This document shows positions 1-9,273 of a stretch of 55,691 nucleotides of DNA, one piece after another. The translations under genes were made by a program, and so were the position numbers. Position 1 is the first letter of the stretch, and each line of letters begins with the position of its first letter. Source of the stretch: an uncultured bacterium (GTDB lineage: Bacteria; RBG-13-61-14; DATKZS01); NCBI GenBank assembly GCA_964420375.1, contig CAYQTK010000003.1, forward strand, positions 1 to 55,691. The letters are read 5' to 3'. The notes beneath the pieces are model-generated. The model had not been told where the DNA came from. It saw only the letters and a program-made list of their open reading frames with translations, and ran no database searches.

Positions 1-82
1 GCACAGGCAGGCGTGTCCGGCACAGGCAGGCGGAACGCACAGGCAGGCGCACTCCGAAAACGGAGGTTCGCAACGGGAACTA
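1..82 (+). mobile_element. Right end of MITE-like palindromic repeat element (copy 1, cut by window edge) carrying nested mini-palindrome right halves
   Basis: Ends ...CGCACTCCGAAAACGGAGGTTCGCAACGGGAAC-TA, nearly identical to the right end of the copy at 40366-40592. Three successive GCACAGGCAGG right halves precede it. Confidence 0.85.
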
Positions 83-234
83 AATATACATCTCCTACCA
101 TGTCCATCAATATTTTCCCTCTAATGAAAACCTTCATTTTTTTGTCTTCTAATATCTTCCAACTTGATCCCGCCTTTCCCCGTGATTAACCTTAGGGAAT
201 AAGTTATTGAGTCTGAGCGGGAAAGGAGTTTGCC

Positions 235-729
235 ATGAAAGTTGGAATTATCGCTGACACGCATGACCATCTTCCCAATGTGCGCCGGTTCCTGGAGCGC
301 TTTTCAGATGCCGGCGTGGAACAGGTCCTTCATGCGGGCGACATCGTGGCGCCGTTTGTTTTCCTGGAGTTCGACAAGTACAAGCTCCCTTTCAAGGCCG
401 TGTTCGGCAACAACGACGGCGAGGTCCTGCTCCTGGAGAAGCTTGCGGAGAAGCGCGGCGAGATATTAAAAGGCCCGATAAACTTCGAGCTTTCCGGCCG
501 GAAGATCGTTCTCATGCACGAGCCGATGATGCCGGACGCCCTGGCGGACTCGGGCCATTTCGACCTGGTGGTTTACGGGCATACTCACAGCACAGACGAA
601 AGAAAGCAGGGCAAGGCCCTGATTCTCAACCCCGGCGAGGTCTGCGGCTATCTTTCGGGAAGGTCCACCGCCATGGTCTGCGACCTCGACGACCTGTCGG
701 TGGAAACCATCGAGCTTCAGCGCCGGTAG
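235..729 (+). CDS. Metallophosphoesterase, YfcE/MJ0936 phosphodiesterase family
   Basis: Calcineurin-like motifs DTHD, HAGD, GNND, YGHTH, NPG; AAGGAG RBS upstream. Confidence 0.92.
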   Translation: MKVGIIADTHDHLPNVRRFLERFSDAGVEQVLHAGDIVAPFVFLEFDKYKLPFKAVFGNNDGEVLLLEKLAEKRGEILKGPINFELSGRKIVLMHEPMMPDALADSGHFDLVVYGHTHSTDERKQGKALILNPGEVCGYLSGRSTAMVCDLDDLSVETIELQRR

Positions 730-734
730 TCTTT

Positions 735-1745
735 ATGTCCGAACCAAAAGCCTCCCTCAAAACCCGGCCGAAGAAGTACACCTGGCTGTGGCGTGTCGCA
801 ACTGCGCTGGTGTCGGCAGGCATCCTCTACTGGTTCTTCCGGGGCATTTCGTGGGACGAGGTCATAACGTCCGCCTCCGAGGCCGACTATGTTCCCGCCT
901 GGCTGGGAATGATCATCCCGGTCCTCCTGTTCTGGATTTCCGACGCCGCCTATACGGTCAAGTCCTTCGAGTGGTTCCACAAGAGGGTCCCGCTGTCCGA
1001 CTACTTCGTGATCAAGGCCGCGGCATACCTGCTGGCCATGATCAACATCGCCTTCGCCACCGGCGGAGTATTCTACTATTTTATTCGCAAGACCGGCATT
1101 ACCGTTCAAAAGCAGGTGGGCATCCTGGTCTGGCGCGAGCTCATGGTTGTGTTCGGCTGCGGCGTGTTTTTCGCTGCTCTTGCGCTCGGCGTGTTCGCAT
1201 ACAGCCGGGAGATGGCAGCGGAGGCTTTCCTGGGTTTCTGGGGACCGGCACTCGCGGCGATACTGCTTTTTTCTATCGAGTCGTGGCGGTTCTGGAGAAA
1301 GGGCAAAGGACTTTTGTTCAGGAACCTTCCTCTTTCGTACCACAAGCAGTTCTGGGAGCCTTTCCATAACCCGCAAGCCAAGCAATGGATACAGGGAATG
1401 GTCTACATGCTGCCCGCAATTCTGGCCTATTGCGTGGGCCTGTGGGTCACTGCCCGGGCATTTGACGTGTACGTGCCTTTCATCACCTTCATGTTCTGGA
1501 TCCCGCTGGTGGCACTGATATCCGCCCTGCCGGTGGCCTTCAGCAACTTCGGAACAACCACTGCCGCATGGGTGGCCTTCTTCGCAGCATATGCCGACCG
1601 TGCCGACATCATGGTGCTTACCATATTCATACCCGCAGCACGCCTCATTATCAGGGCGGTAATCGGCGCCGCCTTTGTGCCGTCGGCAATGAAAGAGCTG
1701 GAGACCGTGCCCGGCTACAAAAGCGGGGAAGAGACCTCCAACTGA
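735..1745 (+). CDS. Lysylphosphatidylglycerol synthase TM / UPF0104 flippase-like membrane protein
   Basis: About 8 hydrophobic segments, N-terminal 'LVSAGILYWFF', C-terminal 'ALPVAFSNFGTT..AWVAFF'; adjacent to a glycosyltransferase. Confidence 0.7.
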   Translation: MSEPKASLKTRPKKYTWLWRVATALVSAGILYWFFRGISWDEVITSASEADYVPAWLGMIIPVLLFWISDAAYTVKSFEWFHKRVPLSDYFVIKAAAYLLAMINIAFATGGVFYYFIRKTGITVQKQVGILVWRELMVVFGCGVFFAALALGVFAYSREMAAEAFLGFWGPALAAILLFSIESWRFWRKGKGLLFRNLPLSYHKQFWEPFHNPQAKQWIQGMVYMLPAILAYCVGLWVTARAFDVYVPFITFMFWIPLVALISALPVAFSNFGTTTAAWVAFFAAYADRADIMVLTIFIPAARLIIRAVIGAAFVPSAMKELETVPGYKSGEETSN

Positions 1746-1809
1746 AACAGCTTCAACCATTGGCCGTTGGTTTCAACGCGTCTTCGCCTTGTGTTAAATT
1801 AAACCCGGA

Positions 1810-3141
1810 ATGCCTGCACCCGTATCAAGACCTCTTCATATCGCACTTTTAAGCTACCGGGGAAACATGTTCTGCGGGGGCCAGGGAGTGTATGTAACCT
1901 CCCTTGGCAGAGGACTTGCAGAAAGGGGCCACCGGGTACGGCTGCTTTCGGGGCCGCCCTACCCCGACCGGGTTGATGGAGTGGAAACCTTGCAGCTTCC
2001 GGGAGAAAACCACATCAACAGCCCTGCTTCTCATCTCCACTCCCGGGACCCGCTGGCTGTGTTCAATCCCCTGGAGTTTGCGGAGTACACCCTGGCCCGG
2101 GCAGGTTCGAACCCGGAGATGATGGCCTTCAGCATGCGCTGTTATAATGCCCTCCGCCACATCCACTCTCATGATCCCCTGGACCTGGTATGTGATAACC
2201 AGGGGCTGGGATACGGACTCCTGCTTATAAGAGCCCTAGGCATACCGGTGGCCGCCACCGTACACCATCCCCTCCAGGTGGACCGGGCGGAGGACATCAA
2301 GCAAACCAACGGGCTCATAAAAAAAATCCGCCGTGCGATCTACTACCCGCTTTTCATGCAAAAGACAGTGGCGGCAAGGCTCGACCGGATTATCACGGTA
2401 AGCGATTTCTCGCGGGACCTTATCTCCAGGCTTTATAAGCTTGATACCGCGGCCATGGAGGTGGTGCCCAACGGCGTTGACCACGATCTTTATCGACCGC
2501 TGCCGGAAGTAAAAAGAGAACCCGGCAGGCTGTTGTTCGTGGGAAGCACCGAGGACCGCAAAAAAGGCGTCAGGTATCTGCTCGAAGCCCTGTCCGGCCT
2601 TCCTGAAAGGTACAGGTGTATCATAGTGGACGGCCGCAGATACCCGGGCCGGGTGTATGCCCGCGACCTTGCAGAGGAGCTTATGGTTTCGCATAGAGTG
2701 AGTTTCCGCGACCGCATCAGCGTGGCCGAGCTTATCGAGGAGTATAACCGGGCGGCTATAATGGTTGTGCCTTCCTTGTTCGAGGGTTTCGGCCTGCCCG
2801 CGCTTGAAGCCATGGCCTGCGGCACTCCGCTGGTGGCCACCACCGCGGGGGCGTTGCCTGAAGTGGCGGACAAGGAATGCGCATATTTTGTAAAGCCGGA
2901 AAGCTTAAGCCAAATAAAACAAGCGGTACAGGAGCTGGAATCCGATCCCCTGCGCCTGGAAAGAATGGGACGTAAAGCCAGGGAGCGGGCGGTGTCATGC
3001 TTTTCCTGGCAACGGGCCGCCCGCCGCATGGAACGAATCTTTTACGAGCTTGCAGGAGAACACAAAAACCGGGCAACCGCGGCGCACGGTCCGGTTCAAG
3101 ACACCTCTGCCGGAACTGCAAAGGGCCCCCAAGGATCATGA
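1810..3141 (+). CDS. Glycosyltransferase family 4 (GT-B)
   Basis: SYRGNMFCGGQGVY N-terminal loop, VPNGVD, RKKG, and PSLFEGFGLPALEAMACGTP (ExFGxxxxE) motif. Confidence 0.93.
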   Translation: MPAPVSRPLHIALLSYRGNMFCGGQGVYVTSLGRGLAERGHRVRLLSGPPYPDRVDGVETLQLPGENHINSPASHLHSRDPLAVFNPLEFAEYTLARAGSNPEMMAFSMRCYNALRHIHSHDPLDLVCDNQGLGYGLLLIRALGIPVAATVHHPLQVDRAEDIKQTNGLIKKIRRAIYYPLFMQKTVAARLDRIITVSDFSRDLISRLYKLDTAAMEVVPNGVDHDLYRPLPEVKREPGRLLFVGSTEDRKKGVRYLLEALSGLPERYRCIIVDGRRYPGRVYARDLAEELMVSHRVSFRDRISVAELIEEYNRAAIMVVPSLFEGFGLPALEAMACGTPLVATTAGALPEVADKECAYFVKPESLSQIKQAVQELESDPLRLERMGRKARERAVSCFSWQRAARRMERIFYELAGEHKNRATAAHGPVQDTSAGTAKGPQGS

Positions 3142-4838
3142 AAGAAGAAAGCTCCATTCTGGACAAAGGCCCTGACAAGCGTACGACGTGGCTTCTGGGA
3201 TCAATAGTGTTCATCGCCGCCCTTGCTGTAAGGCTGACCTTTCTCGACGGTCTGGGCCAGAGCCCCTCTTTTTATGTGGACCTGCAAAGGGGAAGCGACA
3301 CCTATCGCTACTTTGTGTGGGCCCTGTCCATATCCGAAAGGGGAGAACTCATTGGAGAAGGCGTCTACAACCAGGCGCCGCTCTACCCCTATTTTCTGGC
3401 GCTGGTGTTCAAGCTCACCGGTGGGGGGAACCTTATCATTCCCCGACTGGTCCAGGCGTTAATGGGATCGTTTACCGCGGTGATAGTCTTTCTTTTCAGC
3501 GCCCGGCTTAAAAACCACGCCGCGGGAGTGCTCTCCGGGCTGCTCATCGCATTTTACGGTCCGTTGCTCATGTATGACACCGCTTTTCTGCGGACCTCGC
3601 TTATAACCTTTTTAAACGTGCTGCTGTTGTATCTGCTGGCCTCGGCAAGGACCCGGCCTTCTGATAAAAAGGGCCTCGTGATCGGCCTGGTGCTGGCGCT
3701 GGCTGTGCTCGCCAAGCCCAACATCATGATCATGCTGCCTGCGCTGGCATGGTGGATCGCGGACACCAGGAAAATAAGCCATGGACTTCTAAGGGGACCG
3801 TTCTCCCATGACAAAAAGATATCCTGGATTCCCCGGCCTTCTGCCTGGAGGTCGGCAACCCTGGGCATTGTCATCGGTTTCATTTTCGTCATGGGCCCTC
3901 TGGTCATTAGAAACATAAAGGCTGATGTGTTTGCTTTTGCCCTGAGCAAGCGGGGGTCCCTCGAGTTCATAGCCGGAAACCATCCGGACGTGGGGGTAAC
4001 CGGATGGGATGTTAGCCCCTCGGTGAAAAAGATAAATGAAGGATGTCAGAACAGTATTATCAAATCCATCCCTGCGGTGTTAGAGCTGTACAGTGACAAT
4101 CCCGCCGGGCTTTTTATTAGACAGCTCAAAAAGTTCTGGGTGTTGTTGAACTGGTTCGAGGCACATGAAATCAACTACTACGTGGAGAGGCACTACCTGG
4201 ACATCCTGAAGTTGCCCTGGATCAACTGGCCGGTGCTGCTGGGAGTGGCGCTTTGCGGGATGTTCTTTGTACGAAAGGGCCCGAGGAGGTTCTTCGAATT
4301 ATATTCTTACCTTGCTCTCTACACCCTCGCCACCATCGCCTTTTACGTGAACCTGAGGTTCCGGGTCCCCATGGTTCCGGCATTGGCGGTGTTCGGGGGA
4401 ATAGGCATAGAGTCAATGTATGCACTCGGCAGACGCAAAAAGTGGAAGGCGTTCGCAGGGGCCATGGTCTTCGCTGTTTTAGTTGCCGTCATACTCTGGC
4501 CGCGACCGCAAGAGCCTCTGGGACCGAACGATTACCATAACCTGGTGCGGTATCACCTTATAAAGGAGGAGCCGGAAAAAGCCGAACAGTGGCACCGGCG
4601 AGGGCTGGACCACGCCCGGAAACTGGTTCGGGAAGAGGGCGACGCCCGCTCTCACTATCTGGTCGCCAGGATGCTGTTTCTGGGAGGCGAGCCTTTGAGC
4701 CGGGTGGAGAAAGAGCTCGACAAGGCAGAGCAATTGGAACACCGCCGACCATTGGACGCCCTTATTAAGGAGTTCCGAAAGGTCATAAAGATGCGCCGGA
4801 TCAAAGAGGACGAGTTATGGAAAGGCTACCGGATGTAA
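3138..4838 (+). CDS. GT-C glycosyltransferase (GT39/ArnT/PMT-like) with C-terminal TPR-like helices
   Basis: D-containing first periplasmic loop, QAPLYPYFLA, LAKPN, RFRVP motifs, many TM helices. Start moved to ATG 3138, which overlaps the upstream stop (ATGA). Confidence 0.8.
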   Translation: MKEESSILDKGPDKRTTWLLGSIVFIAALAVRLTFLDGLGQSPSFYVDLQRGSDTYRYFVWALSISERGELIGEGVYNQAPLYPYFLALVFKLTGGGNLIIPRLVQALMGSFTAVIVFLFSARLKNHAAGVLSGLLIAFYGPLLMYDTAFLRTSLITFLNVLLLYLLASARTRPSDKKGLVIGLVLALAVLAKPNIMIMLPALAWWIADTRKISHGLLRGPFSHDKKISWIPRPSAWRSATLGIVIGFIFVMGPLVIRNIKADVFAFALSKRGSLEFIAGNHPDVGVTGWDVSPSVKKINEGCQNSIIKSIPAVLELYSDNPAGLFIRQLKKFWVLLNWFEAHEINYYVERHYLDILKLPWINWPVLLGVALCGMFFVRKGPRRFFELYSYLALYTLATIAFYVNLRFRVPMVPALAVFGGIGIESMYALGRRKKWKAFAGAMVFAVLVAVILWPRPQEPLGPNDYHNLVRYHLIKEEPEKAEQWHRRGLDHARKLVREEGDARSHYLVARMLFLGGEPLSRVEKELDKAEQLEHRRPLDALIKEFRKVIKMRRIKEDELWKGYRM

Positions 4839-4871
4839 GGCCCGCGGATATTGTTGCCGGCCGGGTTTTTT
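4839..4871 (+). terminator. Possible intrinsic terminator
   Basis: Imperfect GC-rich stem (CCCGCGG...CCGGCCGGG) followed by a T run directly after the stop codon. Confidence 0.4.
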
Positions 4872-4905
4872 GCGTTTACTTCAATTGTTCTTTTACTCTG
4901 ATATT

Positions 4906-5424
4906 ATGGAACAGACTGCATTGAAGCTCTTCTGTGACGAACAGCTCGGCAAGCTGGCCCGCTGGCTCCGCATCCTCGGCCAGGACACCAAGTACGAGAA
5001 GGAGATCTCCGACACTGAGCTTATCCGCCGGTCCAGGGCGGAGGGCAGGTCCATATTGACCCGTGACCGGAGCCTGGCGGAGAAGACGAAAGACGTCGAG
5101 GTCTGCTGCCTGGAAGAGAACTATCCCGCTTTGCAACTGCAGGAGTTTGCAAGGCGGTTCCGGCACCGACTTCATATTAACCTTTTCACCAGATGCGCCA
5201 TCTGCAACGGGGAGATAGAACAAGTAAGCAAATCGGAGGTTAAGGACAAGGTCCCCCCTTTTGTTTACGAGACCCAGGAGAGGTTCACCAGGTGTACATC
5301 CTGCGGCCGCATCTACTGGAAGGCCACTCACCGGGACCGGATCGAGCTTCAACTCCGCGAGCTTCTGGGAGACCTTTACACCGGCGGGCACACGGATAAT
5401 AATAAGCCGGAGCGCCGGCATTAA
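4906..5424 (+). CDS. Mut7-C RNase (PIN-like) domain protein
   Basis: FCDEQLGKLARWLRILGQDT, ILTRDR, FTRCAICNG, C..CGRIYW..TH zinc-ribbon motifs; start taken at ATG 4906. Confidence 0.9.
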   Translation: MEQTALKLFCDEQLGKLARWLRILGQDTKYEKEISDTELIRRSRAEGRSILTRDRSLAEKTKDVEVCCLEENYPALQLQEFARRFRHRLHINLFTRCAICNGEIEQVSKSEVKDKVPPFVYETQERFTRCTSCGRIYWKATHRDRIELQLRELLGDLYTGGHTDNNKPERRH

Positions 5425-5444
5425 GTGAGTTTAAGGAGGAAGTA

Positions 5445-6356
5445 ATGAAAGACAAAGTTTTGATCGTGGGTTCCGTGGCTTATGACACCATCGAGACCGC
5501 GGCGGGAAAAGTGGAGAGGGCACTGGGAGGAGCGGCGACCTACTCGTCGGTGGCAGCAAGTTACTATTGCACGCCCTGCATGGTGGCGGTGGTCGGCGAT
5601 GATTTTCAGGACGGGCACATCGAGTACTTCACCGGCTGCGGAATAGACCTGTGCGGGCTCCAGCGGGCCAAGGGGAAAACCTTCCAATGGGTGGGAAGGT
5701 ATCACGAAGACATGATAGGCAGGGAGACGCTGGACACGCAGTTGAACGTGTTCGAGAGCTTCGACCCGGTCCTGCCCGACGAGCTCAAGAGCCTGAAGTA
5801 CGTGTTCCTGGCGAACATCCATCCCGGCCTTCAAAAACGGGTCCTCGAACAGGTGGAAAACCCCGAGTTCGTGCTTTGCGATACCATGGACCTGTGGATC
5901 AACACCGCCAGGGAAGAACTCCTCGAACTCCTCCCCCAGGTGGACGTGCTGGTCATCAACGACGAAGAGGTCCGCATGCTCACCGGTGACTACAACATCT
6001 ACCGGGCGGCGCGCAAGCTGATCGACATGGGGGTGAAAAGGGGAATGATAGTAAAACGCGGCGAGCACGGCTCGACCCTGGTGACCAGGGACGAGATAGG
6101 ATTTGCACCAGCCTTCCCCATAATCGAGCTGGTAGACCCCACCGGAGCCGGGGACAGCTTTGCAGGGGCCATCATCGGTTACCTCGCGGGCGCGGGAGAG
6201 GTCAACACCAAGAACCTCAGAAGCTCGCTCATCCACGGCGCAGCAGTGGCCAGCTTTACTGTGGAAGGCTTTGGCGTGGAACGGCTTCTCCAGATCAGCG
6301 AGGCGGACATAGAAAGCCGCATCAAGTCACTTCGCGAGCTTATGATCGTGGAGTAA
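5445..6356 (+). CDS. PfkB-family carbohydrate/nucleoside kinase
   Basis: VGSVAYD, GGAATY, INDEE, DPTGAGDSFAG PfkB signature; AAGGAGG RBS. Confidence 0.92.
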   Translation: MKDKVLIVGSVAYDTIETAAGKVERALGGAATYSSVAASYYCTPCMVAVVGDDFQDGHIEYFTGCGIDLCGLQRAKGKTFQWVGRYHEDMIGRETLDTQLNVFESFDPVLPDELKSLKYVFLANIHPGLQKRVLEQVENPEFVLCDTMDLWINTAREELLELLPQVDVLVINDEEVRMLTGDYNIYRAARKLIDMGVKRGMIVKRGEHGSTLVTRDEIGFAPAFPIIELVDPTGAGDSFAGAIIGYLAGAGEVNTKNLRSSLIHGAAVASFTVEGFGVERLLQISEADIESRIKSLRELMIVE

Positions 6357-6365
6357 GCCTTTTCT

Positions 6366-6540
6366 TAGAGCCTCTTGCGAAACGGAGGTTTAATTTAATT
6401 TTGCGGCGCTGTTTTAAGAGTGCAGCAGCAAGCTGTCCGCTTTTTCCGCCGAGAAGCTTGCTTGTCGGAAATGCGCTCCACAAGAGGCCCGCAGTTTAGG
6501 AGGCGCCTTTTTGCAACGGAGTTTTGCAGGAGGCTCATTA
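6366..6540 (+). mobile_element. MITE-like palindromic repeat element (copy 2, internally shortened)
   Basis: TA-GAGCCTCTTGCGAAAC ... GTTTTGCAGGAGGCTC (14/16 inverted repeat). The body aligns with copies at 40366 and 55317 but lacks the 16-bp hairpin and the right REP-like unit. Confidence 0.85.
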
Positions 6541-6563
6541 CTCATAACTTAAGGAGAAAGCAG

Positions 6564-8174
6564 ATGAGATCAGGGGTCATAGTGGCGGCGATTCTTTTAT
6601 TGGCGGCGGGCTTTCCCGCGTTTGCCCGTGCTGAAGGGCTTTGTACCCGGCCGGTACAGACGGGGCAGGGTCCGGTGCTTGGCCGGGCTGCGGCTTCCGG
6701 GGAAGCTTGCGTGTGGAAAGGCATCCCTTATGCAAGGCCGCCGGTGGGAGAGCTGCGCTGGCGTCCGCCTGAGCCGCCTTTGCCGCGAGAGGGGGTCTTC
6801 AAGGCGGACGAGTTCTCCGCGGCCTGCATTCAGGAGAAGAAGCCGGCCTCTGCCGGCGAGTGCCGGTCCATAAGCGAGGACTGCCTGTATCTCAACATCT
6901 GGAGTCCGCAAAAGGAAGGCCAATTCCCGGTAATGTACTGGATTTACGGCGGGGGCTTTCGCTCGGGAGCGGGAAGCTGGGACATGTTCAACGGCGCAAA
7001 GCTGGCCGCCACCCGCGACGTGGTGGTGGTAACCATAAACTACCGGGTGGGGCCTTTCGGTTTTCTGGCCCTGCCTGAACTGGCTTCGGAAGACCCCCGC
7101 GGCAGCACCGGAGTCTATGGCATCCAGGACCAGATCCGGGGACTGGAATGGGTCAGAAACAACATTGCCAACTTCGGCGGCGACCCGGATAACGTCACCA
7201 TCTTCGGACAGTCCGCGGGAGCGCACAGCGTGTACTTCCTGCTCGTCTCCCCGGAGGCCGAGGGACTTTTCCACCGGGCCATACCCATGAGCGGCAACTG
7301 CGACTTCGGCATTACCATGGAGACAGCCTTGGACACGGGCGATTACTTTGCGAAAGAAGCCGGCTGCCAGGGGCGGGACAGGCTCGAGTGCCTGCGCGGG
7401 AAAAAGCCGTCCGAGCTTGCCATGAAAAGCAAGAACCAGATCGTGGACGCTCTCTCCGGAGGAGAGTACAAGTTTTTCCCGGCAGTGGACGGCCACGTTA
7501 TTCCCGACTACCCGGTAAGGCTGATGAAAAAGGGAGAGTACAACAAGGTCCCGGTCATGGTGGGCCACACCCGCGACGAGGTCCGGCTTTACACCATCAT
7601 GTTCCCCGCCTTCAGCCTGACTCCGCGCTGGTTCGTGGACTGGGCCATCAAAAAGACCGCGGCGCCGGTGTACGACGAGGTATTCGAACTCTATTCCTAC
7701 CGGGAATTCAAGACCCCGTCTCACCTTCTGATGCGGGTCGCCAACGACGCCTACATAGCACAGGGCATAATGGCCGCCGAAGCCATGGAAGAGGTCCCGG
7801 TATACCTTTACAGGTTCGACTGGAACGAGACCAATTTCCCCAACAAGCTGGGGGCGTTCCACGGCATAGACATCCCGTTCGTGTTCGGAAACTTCGACCT
7901 GGGCTCGGATATAGCCAAGATGGTGGCCAACAGGAACACCTTTGAAAAGGCGAAGCCCCTCTCCGAAACGGTGAGCAACTACTACACCAACTTTGCAAGG
8001 ACCGGCGACCCCAATGGAGCCGGCCTGCCCCACTGGCCGGAGTATGAAAAGACAGACCCGCGCCGCATCCACCTGGACACCAAAACCACGGCCCGGCACA
8101 TAAGAGAAAAGGAGATGAAACGCTACCGGCTTTTCAGTGAATACACCTTAACCGAAATAAGAAACATTCACTGA
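6564..8174 (+). CDS. Secreted type-B carboxylesterase/lipase
   Basis: Signal peptide, GIPYARPPVGELRW, SEDCLYLNIW, YGGGF oxyanion hole, GQSAG nucleophile, FHGID His. True start is ATG 6564 with AAGGAG RBS; the upstream ORF extension lies in the repeat. Confidence 0.93.
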   Translation: MRSGVIVAAILLLAAGFPAFARAEGLCTRPVQTGQGPVLGRAAASGEACVWKGIPYARPPVGELRWRPPEPPLPREGVFKADEFSAACIQEKKPASAGECRSISEDCLYLNIWSPQKEGQFPVMYWIYGGGFRSGAGSWDMFNGAKLAATRDVVVVTINYRVGPFGFLALPELASEDPRGSTGVYGIQDQIRGLEWVRNNIANFGGDPDNVTIFGQSAGAHSVYFLLVSPEAEGLFHRAIPMSGNCDFGITMETALDTGDYFAKEAGCQGRDRLECLRGKKPSELAMKSKNQIVDALSGGEYKFFPAVDGHVIPDYPVRLMKKGEYNKVPVMVGHTRDEVRLYTIMFPAFSLTPRWFVDWAIKKTAAPVYDEVFELYSYREFKTPSHLLMRVANDAYIAQGIMAAEAMEEVPVYLYRFDWNETNFPNKLGAFHGIDIPFVFGNFDLGSDIAKMVANRNTFEKAKPLSETVSNYYTNFARTGDPNGAGLPHWPEYEKTDPRRIHLDTKTTARHIREKEMKRYRLFSEYTLTEIRNIH

Positions 8175-8192
8175 TGCTTCCAGGGCGGGCGA

Positions 8193-9260
8193 TTATTTCT
8201 TGCCGGCCGCTTTCGGCTCGGCGGAGGAGTTTGTCTTTGTATTATCTTTTTCCGGCGGAGGCGGATACGGCGGCTCTCCCACTATGGTTCCCACGTTTAT
8301 GGTGATGCCCTCCTGCTGGAAGAACTCCCTGATGATCCGTTCGACCTCTTCTTTGCTCACGCCCTCGAGCTCGTCTTCCATGCGGGCGGAGAGTCGATCG
8401 AGGCGGTCGGCCACCCGGGAGAGATCCTCTGCTGCCTCCCACAGCTTGTCCGTCTTCGCCTTTACCGAGTCCTCGTCGTCGGGCACGAATCTTTGCAAAT
8501 CGGATACCGTGCGGTCAACCTTGTTTAACAGGCTGCGGGTCTCGCCAATCAACCGGCGTCCCTCTTGCAACGCAGGACTTGCCTGTCCCGCCACGCCCTC
8601 CAGGTCGGAGAGCAGCGGCTCGACCCGCGGCCGGAGCTGTGCGCTCATGGCGGAGAGGTCTTCGGAAGCGTCCGCCAGGTTATGGAGCGCCCGGCGGGCC
8701 TCTTCCACGTCCGACGGCCGGAGGCTTGCAACCGTGGACAGGATTTGCCGGAGGTTCTCGCGGTCCTCGGGGGACAACTCCTCCATTATGGACTTGATCC
8801 GCTCGAGAAGATACAGGCCTTCGTTGATAAGCTCGTCCATGCGCGGGGGGTCCACTCCCCGAACGGTGGCGTTTTCCTTTAATACCGGAGAGTCCGGCGA
8901 TCCGGGGGATATCTCCATGATCTTGCCTCCCAGCAGACTCTCCATGTGGACCGCAAAGGTCGAGTCCTCCCGGATGAGCTTTTTGGCCCGCCTGTCTATC
9001 ACCAGGACCAGCTCCATGGTGGGCCGGTCCTTTTCCGGCTTCTTGGCAAAATGGATGGAGTCGACCCTTCCCACCTTGGCGCCGGCAAGGTGAACGTCGG
9101 AGCCCGGCTTGATGCCTCCGGCGTAGTCCAGGGTCACCTTGATGTTGTAGGTGTTGGTAAAGGGATTGTAATCTCCGAGAAGGAACAGGAATGCCAGCAC
9201 CAACCCGATAGCGAGCACCACCACGATACCTACTTTTACCTCGATGCTAACCCTTTCCAT
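8193..9260 (-). CDS. mlaD: MCE/MlaD-family protein with long helical C-terminus
   Basis: N-terminal TM 'EVKVGIVV', AGGIKPGSDVHLAGAKVGRV, SLLGGKIMEISPG MCE motifs. Confidence 0.9.
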   Translation of the reverse strand: MERVSIEVKVGIVVVLAIGLVLAFLFLLGDYNPFTNTYNIKVTLDYAGGIKPGSDVHLAGAKVGRVDSIHFAKKPEKDRPTMELVLVIDRRAKKLIREDSTFAVHMESLLGGKIMEISPGSPDSPVLKENATVRGVDPPRMDELINEGLYLLERIKSIMEELSPEDRENLRQILSTVASLRPSDVEEARRALHNLADASEDLSAMSAQLRPRVEPLLSDLEGVAGQASPALQEGRRLIGETRSLLNKVDRTVSDLQRFVPDDEDSVKAKTDKLWEAAEDLSRVADRLDRLSARMEDELEGVSKEEVERIIREFFQQEGITINVGTIVGEPPYPPPPEKDNTKTNSSAEPKAAGKK

Positions 9261-9273
9261 GCCTTGCTCCGAT

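Noticed and set aside
1-48. Repeated GCACAGGCAGG units resembling a mini CRISPR array
   Set aside because: Units are 11 bp with 6-8 bp separators, there are no cas genes, and nesting of palindromes explains them.
6420-6563. 48-aa N-terminal extension of the carboxylesterase in the ORF track
   Set aside because: It lies mostly within repeat copy 2. The AAGGAG RBS and signal peptide point to ATG 6564.
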